Positions 28,920 to 39,128 of a stretch of DNA of 64,000 bases are shown in pieces (within the stretch, counting starts at the first letter, position 1; each line of letters starts with the position of its first letter). The translations under genes and the position numbers were made by a program. The stretch spans positions 119 to 64,118 of the forward strand of contig DASTYZ010000037.1 in assembly GCA_035764545.1 (NCBI GenBank), given 5' to 3'. The stretch comes from Solirubrobacterales bacterium. Its GTDB lineage: Bacteria; Actinomycetota; Thermoleophilia; Solirubrobacterales; 70-9. Under the pieces are notes generated by a model. The model was not told where the DNA came from and did no database searches. It saw nothing but the letters and a program-made list of their open reading frames with translations.

Positions 28920-29488
28920 GCCTCTCCGAGGATCATGCAGGTGGCGACGCCGTGGGCAAGCAGCTTGCCGCTGTCGGCGGCGGTCAGCGTCGCCTCCGAG
29001 GTCGCCTGTTTTCGGCCGCGGTAGAGGACGGTCGCCTCGCAGAGGACGCGGCCGGTGTCGCGGGTGATCGGGCGCACGAACTTCGCCTCCAGCCCGAGCG
29101 AGGTGTAGCCGACGCCGGCCGGCAGCGTGGTGTGGACGGCGCATCCGAGGGCTGAGTCGAGCAGGGTCGCGGCGTAGCCACCGTGGACGACGCCGATCGG
29201 GTTGTAGTGCTCCTCGCCGGGTTCGCCCTCGAAGACCACCCTCCCCTCCTCCAGCTCGACCGGGCGCAGCCGCATCGTCACCGCGATCGGCGGCGGCGGC
29301 ATCTGGCCGGTGACGACCGCGGTCATGTACTCCATCCCGGTCATCGTCGCCCCGGCTGCCGCGGTCGGCACCGGGTCCTGCCAGACCAAGGTGCGGCTGC
29401 GGGAGTTATCCGGGTCGGACGCCGCGAAGGCTTCCGCGACGTCCGCCGCCGTGCCTTCGGGCGCGGTCACCACGCCGTTGTCGCTCAC
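28916..29488 (-). CDS. PaaI-type hotdog-fold thioesterase
   Basis: 190 aa with NPIGVVHGGYAATLLDSALG. Confidence 0.75.
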   Translation of the reverse strand: MSDNGVVTAPEGTAADVAEAFAASDPDNSRSRTLVWQDPVPTAAAGATMTGMEYMTAVVTGQMPPPPIAVTMRLRPVELEEGRVVFEGEPGEEHYNPIGVVHGGYAATLLDSALGCAVHTTLPAGVGYTSLGLEAKFVRPITRDTGRVLCEATVLYRGRKQATSEATLTAADSGKLLAHGVATCMILGEA

Positions 29489-29651
29489 CTGACCGAAAGC
29501 CTCTGGGCGTCGGCCGTGCGTCGCGGGCGCTGCCTGCTCGCGGGGTAGTGCAGGTCGGCGCTGATCTCCGCCTCGCTGATCGCGATCCGCGGACCCTTCG
29601 GGCGCCTGTGCCTATGTCGTGGAATCAGCCTCATCTGGGCCTCCAATCGGA

Positions 29652-29717
29652 CTAGGTTGCATCAAGCAACTCTGGACAGCCGGAGCCTACCGTGGTCAGT
29701 TGCTTGATGCAACCTAG
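29652..29717. promoter_or_regulatory. perfect 20-bp inverted repeat pair, candidate HxlR operator or structured leader
   Basis: CTAGGTTGCATCAAGCAACT (29652-29671) and its exact reverse complement (29698-29717) are separated by 26 nt. The second arm ends on the annotated GTG of the HxlR gene. Confidence 0.45.
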
Positions 29718-30217
29718 TGTGCGAAGATTCACACGTGCTCCGTCGCGATTACCCCGCCCTCGACTGCTCGGTTGCCAAGGCGCTGGAGGTCATCGGCGAG
29801 CGCTGGTCGCTGCTGATCGTGCGCTCGGTGATGCACGGCAACCGCCGCTTCGGCGAGATGCAGGAGTCCCTCGGCATCGCCCGCAACGTGCTCTCAGCGC
29901 GCCTGCAGCGGCTGATCGACGAAGAGATCCTCGAGCGCCGCGCCTACCAGGAGAACCCGCCCCGCTACGAGTACTTCCTCACCCAGAAGGGCCTCGACCT
30001 CTGGCCCGCCCTGATCGCCCTCCTCCACTGGGGCGAGCGCTACTCCCCCGCCCCCGCCGGCCCCCGCCGCTTGATCGTCCACAAGCAGTGCGGCGGCACC
30101 GTCAGCGAGCGCGGCATCTGCGAAAGCTGCGGCAAGGTGCTGACGGCGCGCGACGCGAAGCAGATGCCGGGACCGGGCGCCGAGGCAGAGGCCGACGCGC
30201 TGACGACGGCTGTTTAG
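29717..30217 (+). CDS. HxlR family transcriptional regulator
   Basis: CSVAKALEVIGERWSLLIVR...YEYFLTQKG winged-helix pattern. The start may instead be GTG at 29735. Confidence 0.85.
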   Translation: MCEDSHVLRRDYPALDCSVAKALEVIGERWSLLIVRSVMHGNRRFGEMQESLGIARNVLSARLQRLIDEEILERRAYQENPPRYEYFLTQKGLDLWPALIALLHWGERYSPAPAGPRRLIVHKQCGGTVSERGICESCGKVLTARDAKQMPGPGAEAEADALTTAV

Positions 30218-30285
30218 CGTTCAGGCGCCTTTTCGCCGAGCGGGCGCTACGTTGTTAAGCAACCAGCGGGCAACTAGGAGGACGT

Positions 30286-31722
30286 ATGGCGACGGCGGCT
30301 GAGCTTCAGGTCAAGGACAGGATCTTCATCGGTGGCGAGTGGGTCGAGCCCAGCGGCGCCGATCCGATCGAGGTGGTGAACCCGACCACCGAGGAGGTAA
30401 TGGGGACGGTGCCGGGCTGCACTCCCGTGGACGCCGACCGTGCGGTCGCCGCCGCCCGTGAGGCGTTCGAGTCCTGGTCGCAGACCCCGCGCGAGGAGCG
30501 GGCCCGCTTCATTGCCACGATCGCCGAGGGGCTGAACGAGCGGGCCGACGAGATCGCCGCGACGATCTCCCAGGAGCTGGGGATGCCGCTGAAGCTGAGC
30601 CGGATCATTCAGGTGGGCCTGCCGGCCTCGCAGTTCGCCTCGATGCCGAAGCTGATGGAGGAGGTCGCCTGGGAGGAGGAGATCGGCAACTCGCGGGTAC
30701 TGCGGGAGCCGATCGGCGTCCTCGGCGCGATCACCCCCTGGAACTACCCGCTGAACCAGATCGCCGCCAAGGTCGCCCCCGCCCTCGCCGCTGGCTGCAC
30801 CGTTGTCTTGAAGCCGAGCGAGGTGACGCCGCTGAACGCCTTCCTGCTGGCGGAGGTCGTCGAGGCCGCCGGCCTCCCCGCCGGCGTCTTCAACCTCGTC
30901 ACCGGCACCGGCCCCGTGGTCGGCGAGGCGATCGCCGCCCACCCCGGCGTCGGCATGGTCTCCTTCACCGGCTCGACCCGCGCCGGCCGCCGCGTCTCCG
31001 AGCTCGCCTCGGCGACGGTGAAGCCGGTGGCGATGGAGCTCGGCGGCAAGTCGCCGAACGTGATCCTCGACGACGCCGACCTCGAGCGGGCGGTGCCCGA
31101 CGGGGTCGCCAAGTGCTTCCTCAACAGCGGCCAGACCTGCAGCGCCCTGACCCGGATGCTGGTCCCACGCCAGCGCCTCGCCGAGGCCGAGGAACTGGCC
31201 AAGTCCGCGGCCGAGACCTTTACGCCGGGGGACCCGTTCGAGTCCTCCACCCGCCTCGGACCGCTCGTCTCCGAGGTCCAGCGCGAGCGCGTCCGCGGCT
31301 ACATCGAGAAGGGCGTCGAGGAGGGAGCGCGGCTGCTGACCGGCGGCGCCGAGCCGCCCGAGGGCCTCGGGCGCGGCTTCTTCGTCCGCCCAACCGTCTT
31401 CTCCGAGGTCGAGCCGGAGATGACGATCGGCCAGGAGGAGATCTTCGGCCCGGTCTTAGCGATCCAGCCCTACGAAGGCGAGGAGGATGCGGTCCGGATT
31501 GCCAACTCGACCGATTACGGGCTCGCCGGCGGCGTCTGGTCGGGCGACGAGGAGCGGGCGATCGCCGTCGCCCGCCGCATCCGCACCGGCCAGATCGAGA
31601 TCAACGGCGGCGCCTTCAACCCGCTGGCGCCATTCGGCGGCTACGGCCAGTCGGGCCACGGCCGCGAGAACGGCCGCTACGGGATCGAGGAGTTGCTGCA
31701 GGTCAAGAGCCTGCAGCTGTAG
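30286..31722 (+). CDS. NAD(P)-dependent aldehyde dehydrogenase
   Basis: 478 aa with ELGGKSP and catalytic Cys in [20 protein letters not shown] lies 4 nt upstream of the ATG. Confidence 0.93.
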   Translation: MATAAELQVKDRIFIGGEWVEPSGADPIEVVNPTTEEVMGTVPGCTPVDADRAVAAAREAFESWSQTPREERARFIATIAEGLNERADEIAATISQELGMPLKLSRIIQVGLPASQFASMPKLMEEVAWEEEIGNSRVLREPIGVLGAITPWNYPLNQIAAKVAPALAAGCTVVLKPSEVTPLNAFLLAEVVEAAGLPAGVFNLVTGTGPVVGEAIAAHPGVGMVSFTGSTRAGRRVSELASATVKPVAMELGGKSPNVILDDADLERAVPDGVAKCFLNSGQTCSALTRMLVPRQRLAEAEELAKSAAETFTPGDPFESSTRLGPLVSEVQRERVRGYIEKGVEEGARLLTGGAEPPEGLGRGFFVRPTVFSEVEPEMTIGQEEIFGPVLAIQPYEGEEDAVRIANSTDYGLAGGVWSGDEERAIAVARRIRTGQIEINGGAFNPLAPFGGYGQSGHGRENGRYGIEELLQVKSLQL

Positions 31723-31725
31723 GGC

Positions 31726-32751
31726 CTACGCTCCCAGTCCGCCAGCAAGCACCTCCGAGGAGGTCAGCTTCCCCTTGACGAGCCCTTCCTGGTGCATCCA
31801 TTCGAGCAACTCTTCGGTGCTGTCAGCGTCAACGATCCCGGTCGTTGAGAGCAGCGGCAGCGTTTCCCCCACTTCAGCCTTCCTTGCCTGAGGATCGGTC
31901 TCGGGGTTGGCTTCGAGGTCTTCCTGCAACACCTCGACGGCGGCAGCAGGGTCGTCAACCGCCGCATCGACTCCCCTCACCACCGCGGACATGAAGTCGC
32001 GGACCAGCCGCGGGTCTTCGGCGACCCGGTCCGCGCGCCCAACTACCACGAGCTCTTCGTAATCGGGGCCGCCAAGTGACCGCAGGCGCGTCACTTCCGG
32101 GCTCTCCCCCCGTGCCTCCAACTCAACCCCCTCCTGATTCCAGGAACCGAGGATGGCGTCGGCGCGACCATCGAGCAGGGACGGGACCAACTCATAACCG
32201 ACGCGCCTAAGCCGCACATCGTCAAGGGCTAGGCCCTCCTTTCTCAGCACGCTCTCGAGGAATCCTTCTTCGAACGGCAGGCCGGCGATGGCGATCCTCT
32301 TGCCCTTCAAGTCGGCAACGGACCGGATCCCCGACCCCGGCAGCCAGATCAACGACATGGTCGGCTGGGAGATCAGACTGCCGACGGCGACGACCTTGAC
32401 CCCTTCTGCCCGCGACATCGCCGCCTGGGGCAACCGCGTCACTCCGAAGGCGCTGGATCCGGAGGCCACATAGGCGATCGACCGGATCGGAGCAGCGGGG
32501 GCGAGCACCGTGGCGCTGATGCCAGCGTCGGCGAAGAAGCCGCGCTTCTCGGCCATCAGGATGCCGAGATCAGACGCGCTCTCCAGTCCCTCCACGGTGA
32601 CGAACACGTCGCGCGGCGGACCCGACCACCTGGGCGCCGGCCTGGCATCTCCATCTCCCCGAGCCTTCGCGCTCTCGCCCCCTCCCCCTCCACAACCGGC
32701 GACGAGCAGGGCGGTGAAGGCGAGCAGGCAGAGAAGACGGACCGATTTCAC
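31726..32751 (-). CDS. ABC-transporter substrate-binding lipoprotein (NMT1/THI5-like)
   Basis: 341 aa with lipobox LLVAGCGGG. The periplasmic-binding-protein-like sequence is a family call from general pattern only. Confidence 0.65.
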   Translation of the reverse strand: MKSVRLLCLLAFTALLVAGCGGGGGESAKARGDGDARPAPRWSGPPRDVFVTVEGLESASDLGILMAEKRGFFADAGISATVLAPAAPIRSIAYVASGSSAFGVTRLPQAAMSRAEGVKVVAVGSLISQPTMSLIWLPGSGIRSVADLKGKRIAIAGLPFEEGFLESVLRKEGLALDDVRLRRVGYELVPSLLDGRADAILGSWNQEGVELEARGESPEVTRLRSLGGPDYEELVVVGRADRVAEDPRLVRDFMSAVVRGVDAAVDDPAAAVEVLQEDLEANPETDPQARKAEVGETLPLLSTTGIVDADSTEELLEWMHQEGLVKGKLTSSEVLAGGLGA

Positions 32752-32774
32752 CGCCCAAGTCTAAATCTCTCTGA

Positions 32775-33179
32775 CTAATGAGGCGGCGCTGCAGTGATGC
32801 TGCCCTCTTCGCGGCTGGCGACGAGGGCAGCGCGGCCGACCTTCTCGCCGATCCCGAAGTGGGCGCAGATCGTCAGCTCGTGCTCGCGCCGCAGAGGCCG
32901 GGTCGGGTCGACGACCGGGGCGCTGCGGATCGCGTCGCCCTCCTGGGCCACCCAGACGCCAAACGGGGCGCCGGCGCAGTTGGAGACGGGAAGGGCGACG
33001 ACCCGGGCGCGGCGGCGGCGGCCGAGGCGGGCGATCAGCCAGGCCGGCTCGCCGCTCTCGGCGTCGACGTAGAGGCCCTGGACCTCGCCGACCGAGGAAC
33101 CGCTCAGCTCGGCGACCTCGGCCCCGAGCCAGCCCATCGCCTCGGCGGCGGTGGGTCGATCGCCCTCAGTCATCCACAT
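32775..33179 (-). CDS. PRC-barrel-like hypothetical protein
   Basis: 134 aa. The pattern VGEVQGLYVDAESGEPAWLIARLG...VALPV resembles PRC-barrel proteins. Weak call. Confidence 0.4.
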   Translation of the reverse strand: MWMTEGDRPTAAEAMGWLGAEVAELSGSSVGEVQGLYVDAESGEPAWLIARLGRRRRARVVALPVSNCAGAPFGVWVAQEGDAIRSAPVVDPTRPLRREHELTICAHFGIGEKVGRAALVASREEGSITAAPPH

Positions 33180-34128
33180 GCCTAATCAGCAGCTCACTCG
33201 CCGCGGTCGCGGGGTCGAGCTCGCGGCGCACGACCCGGTCGAGCAGGTCGGCCGTCGCCGGGTCCTCGGAGACGGTCTGTTCGAGGCGGCGGCGCATCCG
33301 CGAGGTGGCGATCCCGAGCACCTCGCTGCGGAGGTTGCGGGCGCGGCGCTCGGCCAGCGTCCCTTTCTCCTCGATGAACTCGCGGTGCTCCTTGATCTTC
33401 ACCGCCAGCTCGTCAACCCCCTCGCCGCGGGCCGCCTCGGTGCGCAGGATCGGCACCTTCCAGCCCTCGGGGTCCTGGGAGAGCGCGAGGACGCCGCGCA
33501 CCTCGCGGACCATCGTGTCGGTCATCGGGTGATCGGCCTTGTTGACGACGATCACGTCGGGAATCTCCATCACGCCGGCCTTCAGCGCCTGGATCGAGTC
33601 ACCGGAGCCCGGCATCAGCGCCAGCACAATCGTGTCGGCGTGGTCGACGATGTCGATCTCCGCCTGGCCGACGCCGACGGTCTCGATCAGGACGTCGTCT
33701 TTGCCGGCGGCGTCCATGATCAGCGCCACCTGCAGCGCCGCCTCGCTGAGGCCGCCGAGGGCGCCGCGCGAGGCCATCGAGCGGATGAAGACGCCCTGGT
33801 CGAGGAAGTGGTCGGAGAGCCTGATCCGGTCGCCGAGCAGGGCACCGTGGGTGAACGGGCTAGAAGGGTCGATCGAGAGCACGGCGACCTCGCGCTCGGC
33901 TTTGCGCAGCTCCCCCGTCAGCGCTCCGATCAAGGTGCTCTTGCCGACCCCCGGAGGGCCGGTGAAGCCGATGATCCGCGCCTTGCCGGTACGCGGGTAG
34001 ACCTCACGGACCAGCTCCCAGCCGGCCGGGTCGTCGGACTCGATCAAGGTGATCGCCCGCGCCAGCGCCCGCTTTTCGCCTGCGACGAGGCGCTCGGCGA
34101 GCGGGGCGGTTTTGGCGGCGTCGGCCAA
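33166..34128 (-). CDS. meaB: methylmalonyl-CoA mutase-associated GTPase (MeaB/ArgK)
   Basis: 320 aa with P-loop GPPGVGKST, ETVGVGQ and NKAD. Confidence 0.9.
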   Translation of the reverse strand: MADAAKTAPLAERLVAGEKRALARAITLIESDDPAGWELVREVYPRTGKARIIGFTGPPGVGKSTLIGALTGELRKAEREVAVLSIDPSSPFTHGALLGDRIRLSDHFLDQGVFIRSMASRGALGGLSEAALQVALIMDAAGKDDVLIETVGVGQAEIDIVDHADTIVLALMPGSGDSIQALKAGVMEIPDVIVVNKADHPMTDTMVREVRGVLALSQDPEGWKVPILRTEAARGEGVDELAVKIKEHREFIEEKGTLAERRARNLRSEVLGIATSRMRRRLEQTVSEDPATADLLDRVVRRELDPATAASELLIRHVDD

Positions 34129-34170
34129 GGCCGGGCCAGTCTAAGAGGCGCCGTCTAAAGTTGCCCCGCC

Positions 34171-34836
34171 GTGCTCCGCTTCCTGGCCCGCAATCGGATG
34201 CTGAGACCGCGCTACGCGCGGCTCTTCTGGCGCTACCTCTGGCGCCGCCTGCTGACGCCCGCCGGTTGGCGCTGGCGCTCGGACGGTCCCTTCTTCCTCG
34301 GCCGAGGGCTGGAACTGAAGATCGAGCCGCGCGGTGAGATCCGTTTCGGTCGCTTCGTCTGGATCGGCGACGGGACCAAGATCCGCTGCCACGAGGGTGT
34401 GGTCGAGGTCGGCGCGAAGACGGTGATGGGCCAGGAGTGCACGATCTCGGCCTACCAGCGGGTGCGGATCGGCGAGGAGTGCGTGATCGCCGACCGGGCG
34501 ATGTTCATCGACTTCGACCACGGCATCGTCGAGGTCGAGCGGCCGATCCGCTCGCAGGGCATCTACAAGCGTGATGTCGAGGTCGGCAACAACGTCTGGA
34601 TCGGTTACGGGGCCTGCATCCTCCGCGGCGTCAGCGTCGGTGACAACTCGGTGATCGGGACCAACTCGGTCGTCACCAAGGACGTGCCGGCCAACGCCGT
34701 CGTCGGCGGCATCCCGGCGCGGATCATCCGCATGCGCGAGGCGCCGACGGAGCTGCGCTGGGGGCGGCCGGTGGAGCCAGACCCGGGGGCCTGGACGACG
34801 ATGCAGCCGCCCCACCTGGCAGAGCACGGCGAGTAG
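34171..34836 (+). CDS. hexapeptide-repeat (LbH) acyltransferase
   Basis: 221 aa with repeated [LIV]G-x4 turns (VGNNVWIGYGACILRGVSVGDNSVIGTNSVV) and C-terminal GGIPARII. Confidence 0.75.
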   Translation: MLRFLARNRMLRPRYARLFWRYLWRRLLTPAGWRWRSDGPFFLGRGLELKIEPRGEIRFGRFVWIGDGTKIRCHEGVVEVGAKTVMGQECTISAYQRVRIGEECVIADRAMFIDFDHGIVEVERPIRSQGIYKRDVEVGNNVWIGYGACILRGVSVGDNSVIGTNSVVTKDVPANAVVGGIPARIIRMREAPTELRWGRPVEPDPGAWTTMQPPHLAEHGE

Positions 34837-34864
34837 GGAATCGCCGCGCCGGGTAGGCGGGGGC

Positions 34865-35302
34865 ATGCCCGACTCAGAAGAGAAGCTCGACGAGAAGGAG
34901 GCGGTCAAGCGCCTCAACGCCGCCCTCGAGCTGCAGTACCGCTCTGCGCTGCAGTACTCCCTTACCGCATCCAGCCTGACCGGGATCGAGGCCCAGGCGC
35001 TGGGATCGCATTTGACCGGGTTCGGAGATTTGGAGCTGGCCGACGCCCGGCGCCTGGTTGAGAAAATCGTCTCCTTCGGCGGCGATCCGACGACGAAGGT
35101 CGCCGAGCTCCGCTTCGACAGGAACGCCAAGAGCGCCCTGCGCTGGCTGGCCGAGTGCGAGGAAGCCGCCGTCGAGGCGCTGCAGGAAGCGATCGAGCCG
35201 ACCGGCCGCGACGGCCGCTCGGAGGCGCTCGAGCATCTGATGGAGCACCTGATCCTGCGCAAGCAGACCCAGGTCGACTTCCTCAACCGCACCGTCGCCT
35301 GA
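34865..35302 (+). CDS. ferritin-like four-helix-bundle protein
   Basis: 145 aa. The N-terminal LNAALELQYRSALQY... and later EALEHLMEH resemble bacterioferritin-type helices, but the metal ligands are incomplete. Confidence 0.4.
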   Translation: MPDSEEKLDEKEAVKRLNAALELQYRSALQYSLTASSLTGIEAQALGSHLTGFGDLELADARRLVEKIVSFGGDPTTKVAELRFDRNAKSALRWLAECEEAAVEALQEAIEPTGRDGRSEALEHLMEHLILRKQTQVDFLNRTVA

Positions 35303-35388
35303 GCCGAGACTCTTCGTCTGCAAGAAGCCTGTCAGCTTTGATGCCTATTGTCTGGCTGACAATGAATGTCCGGCGACAAGCTGTCTGC

Positions 35389-35706
35389 ATGGCCCCTGAC
35401 GGGAGAATCCGATCCGAGGAGGTCGCGACCAAGTTCGGCCGCAACCTCTACCGCTGCCGGCGCCGGGCGGCAATGTCGCAGGAAGAACTGGGAACGCTCT
35501 CCTCGCTGCACCGGACCGAGATCGGGATGCTCGAGCAGGGGACCCGCCTCGCCCGCGTCGACACGCTGATGAAGCTGGCCGGGGCTCTCTCGGTCTCCCC
35601 CCTGGAGCTGCTCGACGGCATCCACTGGGTCCCGGGTAACAGCCCCGAAGGCAGCTTCAGCATCACCGACCGCAGCCTCGCCCGCCGCCGGCGCGACGGC
35701 TGCTAG
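35389..35706 (+). CDS. XRE-family helix-turn-helix protein
   Basis: LYRCRRRAAMSQEELGTLSSLHRTEIGMLEQG is a typical HTH_3 pattern. The start is ambiguous (ATGs at 35341, 35362 and 35389). Confidence 0.65.
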   Translation: MAPDGRIRSEEVATKFGRNLYRCRRRAAMSQEELGTLSSLHRTEIGMLEQGTRLARVDTLMKLAGALSVSPLELLDGIHWVPGNSPEGSFSITDRSLARRRRDGC

Positions 35707-36893
35707 GCGGTCTTGGCGCCGGCCAGTTCGGCGTAGACGACCGCCGTCTGCTCGGCGACGTCGCCCCAGTCGAAGCGACGTAGGTGCTCGTAGGCTTCGG
35801 CGACGAGACGGCGGCCGAGCTCGTCGTCGGAGAGGACGCGGATCGCCACCTCGGCCAGCGCTTCGGGGTCGTGGGCACGGAAGCGCAATCCCGCTTCCTC
35901 GTGGGGGACGACCTCGCGGAGGCCGCCGGTGTCGGCGACGATGCAAGGGCAGCCGGAGGCCATCGCCTCCAGCGCGACGAGGCCGAAGGGCTCGTAGATC
36001 GAGGGGACCACGGTGAGGTCGGCGATCCGGTAGAGCGAGTGGAGGACGTCGTCGCCGATCCAGCCGAGGAAGGTGCCGTGCTCCATCAGCCCGAGCTCAC
36101 TCGCCTGGCGCTTCAGTTCGGCCTCGTGGGTGCCGGAGCCGGCGACGAGGAAGCGCGTCCCCGGCGCCTCTTCGAGCACCCGCGGCATCGCCTCCAGCGC
36201 CAGCTGGAAGCCCTTCTCGTAGACGAGGCGGCCGATCAGCAGGACCAGCTTCTCGTCCGGTGTGGCGAACTCGGAGCGCAGGCGGGCCAGGTCCTCGGCG
36301 GGCTGGTCGGGCAGGTCGTCGGGGTCGATCCCGTTCGGGATCACGGTCACGCGCTGCTCCTCGACACCGAAGATGTCGGCGACCTGTTCGCGCATGTAGT
36401 GGGAGCAGGTGATCACCCGCTGGGAGCGGTTGGTGATCCAGCGCTCGACCCCGTGGATATAGGTCTGCGGGTGCTTGTCGACCCAGCCCTGGTGGCGGCC
36501 GTACTCGGTCGCGTGGATCGTCGTCACCAGCGGCGCGTCGAAGCGCTTGGCGAGGTGGTCGCAGGCGTTGGCGACGAGCCAGTCGTGGCCGTGGACGAGG
36601 TCGAAGCTGTAGCGGTCGCCGAGCTCGACCCCGGCGGCGAGCATGTCGGAGTTCATCCGCTCGACCCAGGCGACGAACTCGCCGAGGTCGGTCGGCCGTT
36701 TCGGCTCGCGGATGCGGTGGATGATCACCCCGTCGCGGTTCTCCTGCGCAGGCGACTCCTCTCCCCCGCGGGTCAGCACGTGGACCTCGACCTCGCGTTC
36801 GACCAGCGCCTCGGAGAGCTTGCGGACGTGGCGGGCCAGGCCACCCTCGATCAGCGGCGGGTACTCCCAGGAGAGGATCAGGACGCGGGTCAA
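35703..36893 (-). CDS. GT4-family glycosyltransferase (alpha-glucosyltransferase-like)
   Basis: 396 aa with the C-terminal EX7E region PSIYEPFGLVALEAMASGCP. Confidence 0.85.
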   Translation of the reverse strand: MTRVLILSWEYPPLIEGGLARHVRKLSEALVEREVEVHVLTRGGEESPAQENRDGVIIHRIREPKRPTDLGEFVAWVERMNSDMLAAGVELGDRYSFDLVHGHDWLVANACDHLAKRFDAPLVTTIHATEYGRHQGWVDKHPQTYIHGVERWITNRSQRVITCSHYMREQVADIFGVEEQRVTVIPNGIDPDDLPDQPAEDLARLRSEFATPDEKLVLLIGRLVYEKGFQLALEAMPRVLEEAPGTRFLVAGSGTHEAELKRQASELGLMEHGTFLGWIGDDVLHSLYRIADLTVVPSIYEPFGLVALEAMASGCPCIVADTGGLREVVPHEEAGLRFRAHDPEALAEVAIRVLSDDELGRRLVAEAYEHLRRFDWGDVAEQTAVVYAELAGAKTA

Positions 36894-36906
36894 GTTCGGT
36901 GGCTGG

Positions 36907-38334
36907 TCAGGGCTCCAGCAAGGGAGCGATGCTGAGGTCCGGGGCGAGGGAACGCATATGCGGGTTGGTGACGCGGGGGTGGGTGGCGCGGTCGCAGTCT
37001 ATGGCCTCCAACAACGCCTGTGAGTGATCGGTGGCCCGCTGCCAGGCGTAGTCGCCCGCCTGCTTGCGCTGGTCGAGGAAGGCCCAGTCGCTCGACTGCA
37101 GGGCGAGGAGCTCGCGGCTCGCCCGCGCCAGGCGCTCGCCGCGGAGGCCGCCAGAGACCGCTCGCAGCAGCCGCAGCTCCGCCCGCCGGGCGCCCCAGGC
37201 GAGGTCGGCCACTGCGGGCGAATCCCAGGTGTGGAGGTTCTTGTCCTCGCCCCAGGTCGAGGCAAGGAGGGGACGCTCGACCGGCTCGTGCTCAGCCAGT
37301 GCCTGCGGCACGGTGAGGAGACGCACTCCCGCGGCCTCGGCTCCATCGAGGACGGTCCGCAGCCAGATCGGCCCCTCCGACCACCAGTGGCCGAGCAGCT
37401 CGGTGTCGATCGCGAAGACGAGGAGACCGCGGCGATCGCGGCTATCAGCGTAGGTGCGGAGCCGCTCGGCGGCGGCGGCAAGAAACTCCTCGCCCTGGCG
37501 ACGCGCTGCCGCCTCGGCCGCGGCCGGGTCGTAGGCGCCGCCGCCGACCTTCCAGATCCGGATCCCGCGCAGGGATTTGCCGGCGAACTGGGCGTGGGCT
37601 GGGTCGGAGGGGTAGCCATCGAGGGACCAGAGCCAGGAGATCGCCTCCCAGTCGATCGGCAGGGCGACCGGGCCGGCCTCGGTCGCAACCGGCACCAGGG
37701 CCTCCAACGGCTCGGTGTGGGCGCTCTGGTCGATGCAGAACCAGCGCACGCCGTTTTCCGCCAGTCGCCACTCCAGGCCGGGCGCGTAGGCGCACTCCGG
37801 CAGCCAGAAGCCGCCGTCCCAGCCGAAGCGGCGGCGGTGGGAGCGGATCCCGGTCTCAAGCTGGAGGCGCAGCCCCGGCCGCGTCGCCAACAGCGGCAGC
37901 ACCGCGTGGGTCGCGGCCGAGGTGGCGAGGGCAATCCGTCCCTCGGCCGCGGCCCGCTGGAAGGGCGCGAGCGGGTCGCCGCCAGCGGCGTCGAGCAGCT
38001 CCAAAGCGTGCGAGTAGCGGCGCTGCTCCCCTTCGCAGGCGGCGCGGCACTCCTCGGGCACCTGCGGCAGGTCGGCTTCGGCGGCGCCGATCCGCCACTC
38101 GACCAGGAAGCGCCGCAGGCGCTCGGCAGCGCCGGCGTCCTCGAGCTGGTCGGCCAGCACCGGCGTCACGGTCATCGTCAGGTCCCGCGCCATCTCCAGG
38201 ACGGGCAGGTAGGAGCGGATCACCGCGTCGAACAGCCACTCCTCGCCGAAGGGATAGGTGCCGAAGCCCTCGACGTAGGGCATGTGGCTGTGCAGGACGA
38301 TCGCCAGGTCGCCGGCGGTCCCCTCCCGGGCCAT
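36907..38334 (-). CDS. GH57-family glycoside hydrolase / DUF1957 (branching-enzyme-like)
   Basis: 475 aa. N-terminal AIVLHSHMPYVEGFGTYPFGEEWLF is typical of GH57 branching enzymes. Confidence 0.8.
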   Translation of the reverse strand: MAREGTAGDLAIVLHSHMPYVEGFGTYPFGEEWLFDAVIRSYLPVLEMARDLTMTVTPVLADQLEDAGAAERLRRFLVEWRIGAAEADLPQVPEECRAACEGEQRRYSHALELLDAAGGDPLAPFQRAAAEGRIALATSAATHAVLPLLATRPGLRLQLETGIRSHRRRFGWDGGFWLPECAYAPGLEWRLAENGVRWFCIDQSAHTEPLEALVPVATEAGPVALPIDWEAISWLWSLDGYPSDPAHAQFAGKSLRGIRIWKVGGGAYDPAAAEAAARRQGEEFLAAAAERLRTYADSRDRRGLLVFAIDTELLGHWWSEGPIWLRTVLDGAEAAGVRLLTVPQALAEHEPVERPLLASTWGEDKNLHTWDSPAVADLAWGARRAELRLLRAVSGGLRGERLARASRELLALQSSDWAFLDQRKQAGDYAWQRATDHSQALLEAIDCDRATHPRVTNPHMRSLAPDLSIAPLLEP

Positions 38335-39128
38335 TACCCGGCGTGGCAGACCGCGAGGAAGTCGAGGGCGCGGTCGAGGTCGCCGGCGCGCAGGCTGAAG
38401 TCGGCGGCGGAGATCGCCGGGGTGAAGCGGTCGTAGAAGGGCTTGGTCAGCCGCAGCCGTTTGTGGACGGCGTCCCAGCCGAGCTTGATCGCTAACTCGT
38501 GCGCCCTCAGCTTGCGGGCGTGGAAGAGGCCGAGCATCTCGACCCGGGGGAAGTGGCCCTCGCAGAGCTCGCGGAACTCCTCGGCGCGGTACTCCTTCAC
38601 GTGCCAGGGGTTGTCGGACTTCTCCGCCCCCGGCGGCGCCAGCGTCAGCAGGTTCGGGGTCGAGACGAAGGCGGTGCCGCCGGGCGCCAGCATCGACTTG
38701 AAGTGCTCGAGAATCGCCCCCGGATCCTGGACATGCTCGATCGTCTGCAGGAAGACGACGGCGTCGCAGGGCTCGCTGAAGGACTCGACCAAGTCGCGCT
38801 CGAAGCGCAGGCTCGGCCGCTGGTACCGAAGCCGCGCGTGCTCGTGCGCCTCGGGGTTGGCGTCGACCCCGACGACGCTCCCAGCGGTGCGGGCGAGGAC
38901 GTCAGAGCCGTACCCCTCGCCACAGGCCATGTCGACGACCCGCTTCCCCCCAACCCGCTCGGCGATCCACTCGTAGACGACCAGATGGCGGCGGAACCAG
39001 TAGTTCTCCTCCGGCACGTCAGGCAGCGTCCGCTCGCCCGTCAGCGGCAGCGGCGGCACCCCGGGCGGCTGGTTCTCCTGGAGGTAGTGACGCTCCACGG
39101 GCCGGACGCTATTAGAGTTCCGCGCCAT
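38334..39128 (-). CDS. class I SAM-dependent methyltransferase
   Basis: Motif I is VVDMACGEGYG. Start set to MARNSN (39128) rather than the upstream alternative at 39176. Confidence 0.75.
   Translation of the reverse strand: MARNSNSVRPVERHYLQENQPPGVPPLPLTGERTLPDVPEENYWFRRHLVVYEWIAERVGGKRVVDMACGEGYGSDVLARTAGSVVGVDANPEAHEHARLRYQRPSLRFERDLVESFSEPCDAVVFLQTIEHVQDPGAILEHFKSMLAPGGTAFVSTPNLLTLAPPGAEKSDNPWHVKEYRAEEFRELCEGHFPRVEMLGLFHARKLRAHELAIKLGWDAVHKRLRLTKPFYDRFTPAISAADFSLRAGDLDRALDFLAVCHAG

Noticed and set aside
34141-35292. 383-aa minus-strand ORF opposite the LbH acyltransferase and ferritin-like genes
   Set aside because: The translation is Arg/Ala/Ser/Pro-rich with no domain. The plus-strand genes show hexapeptide periodicity and sensible starts.
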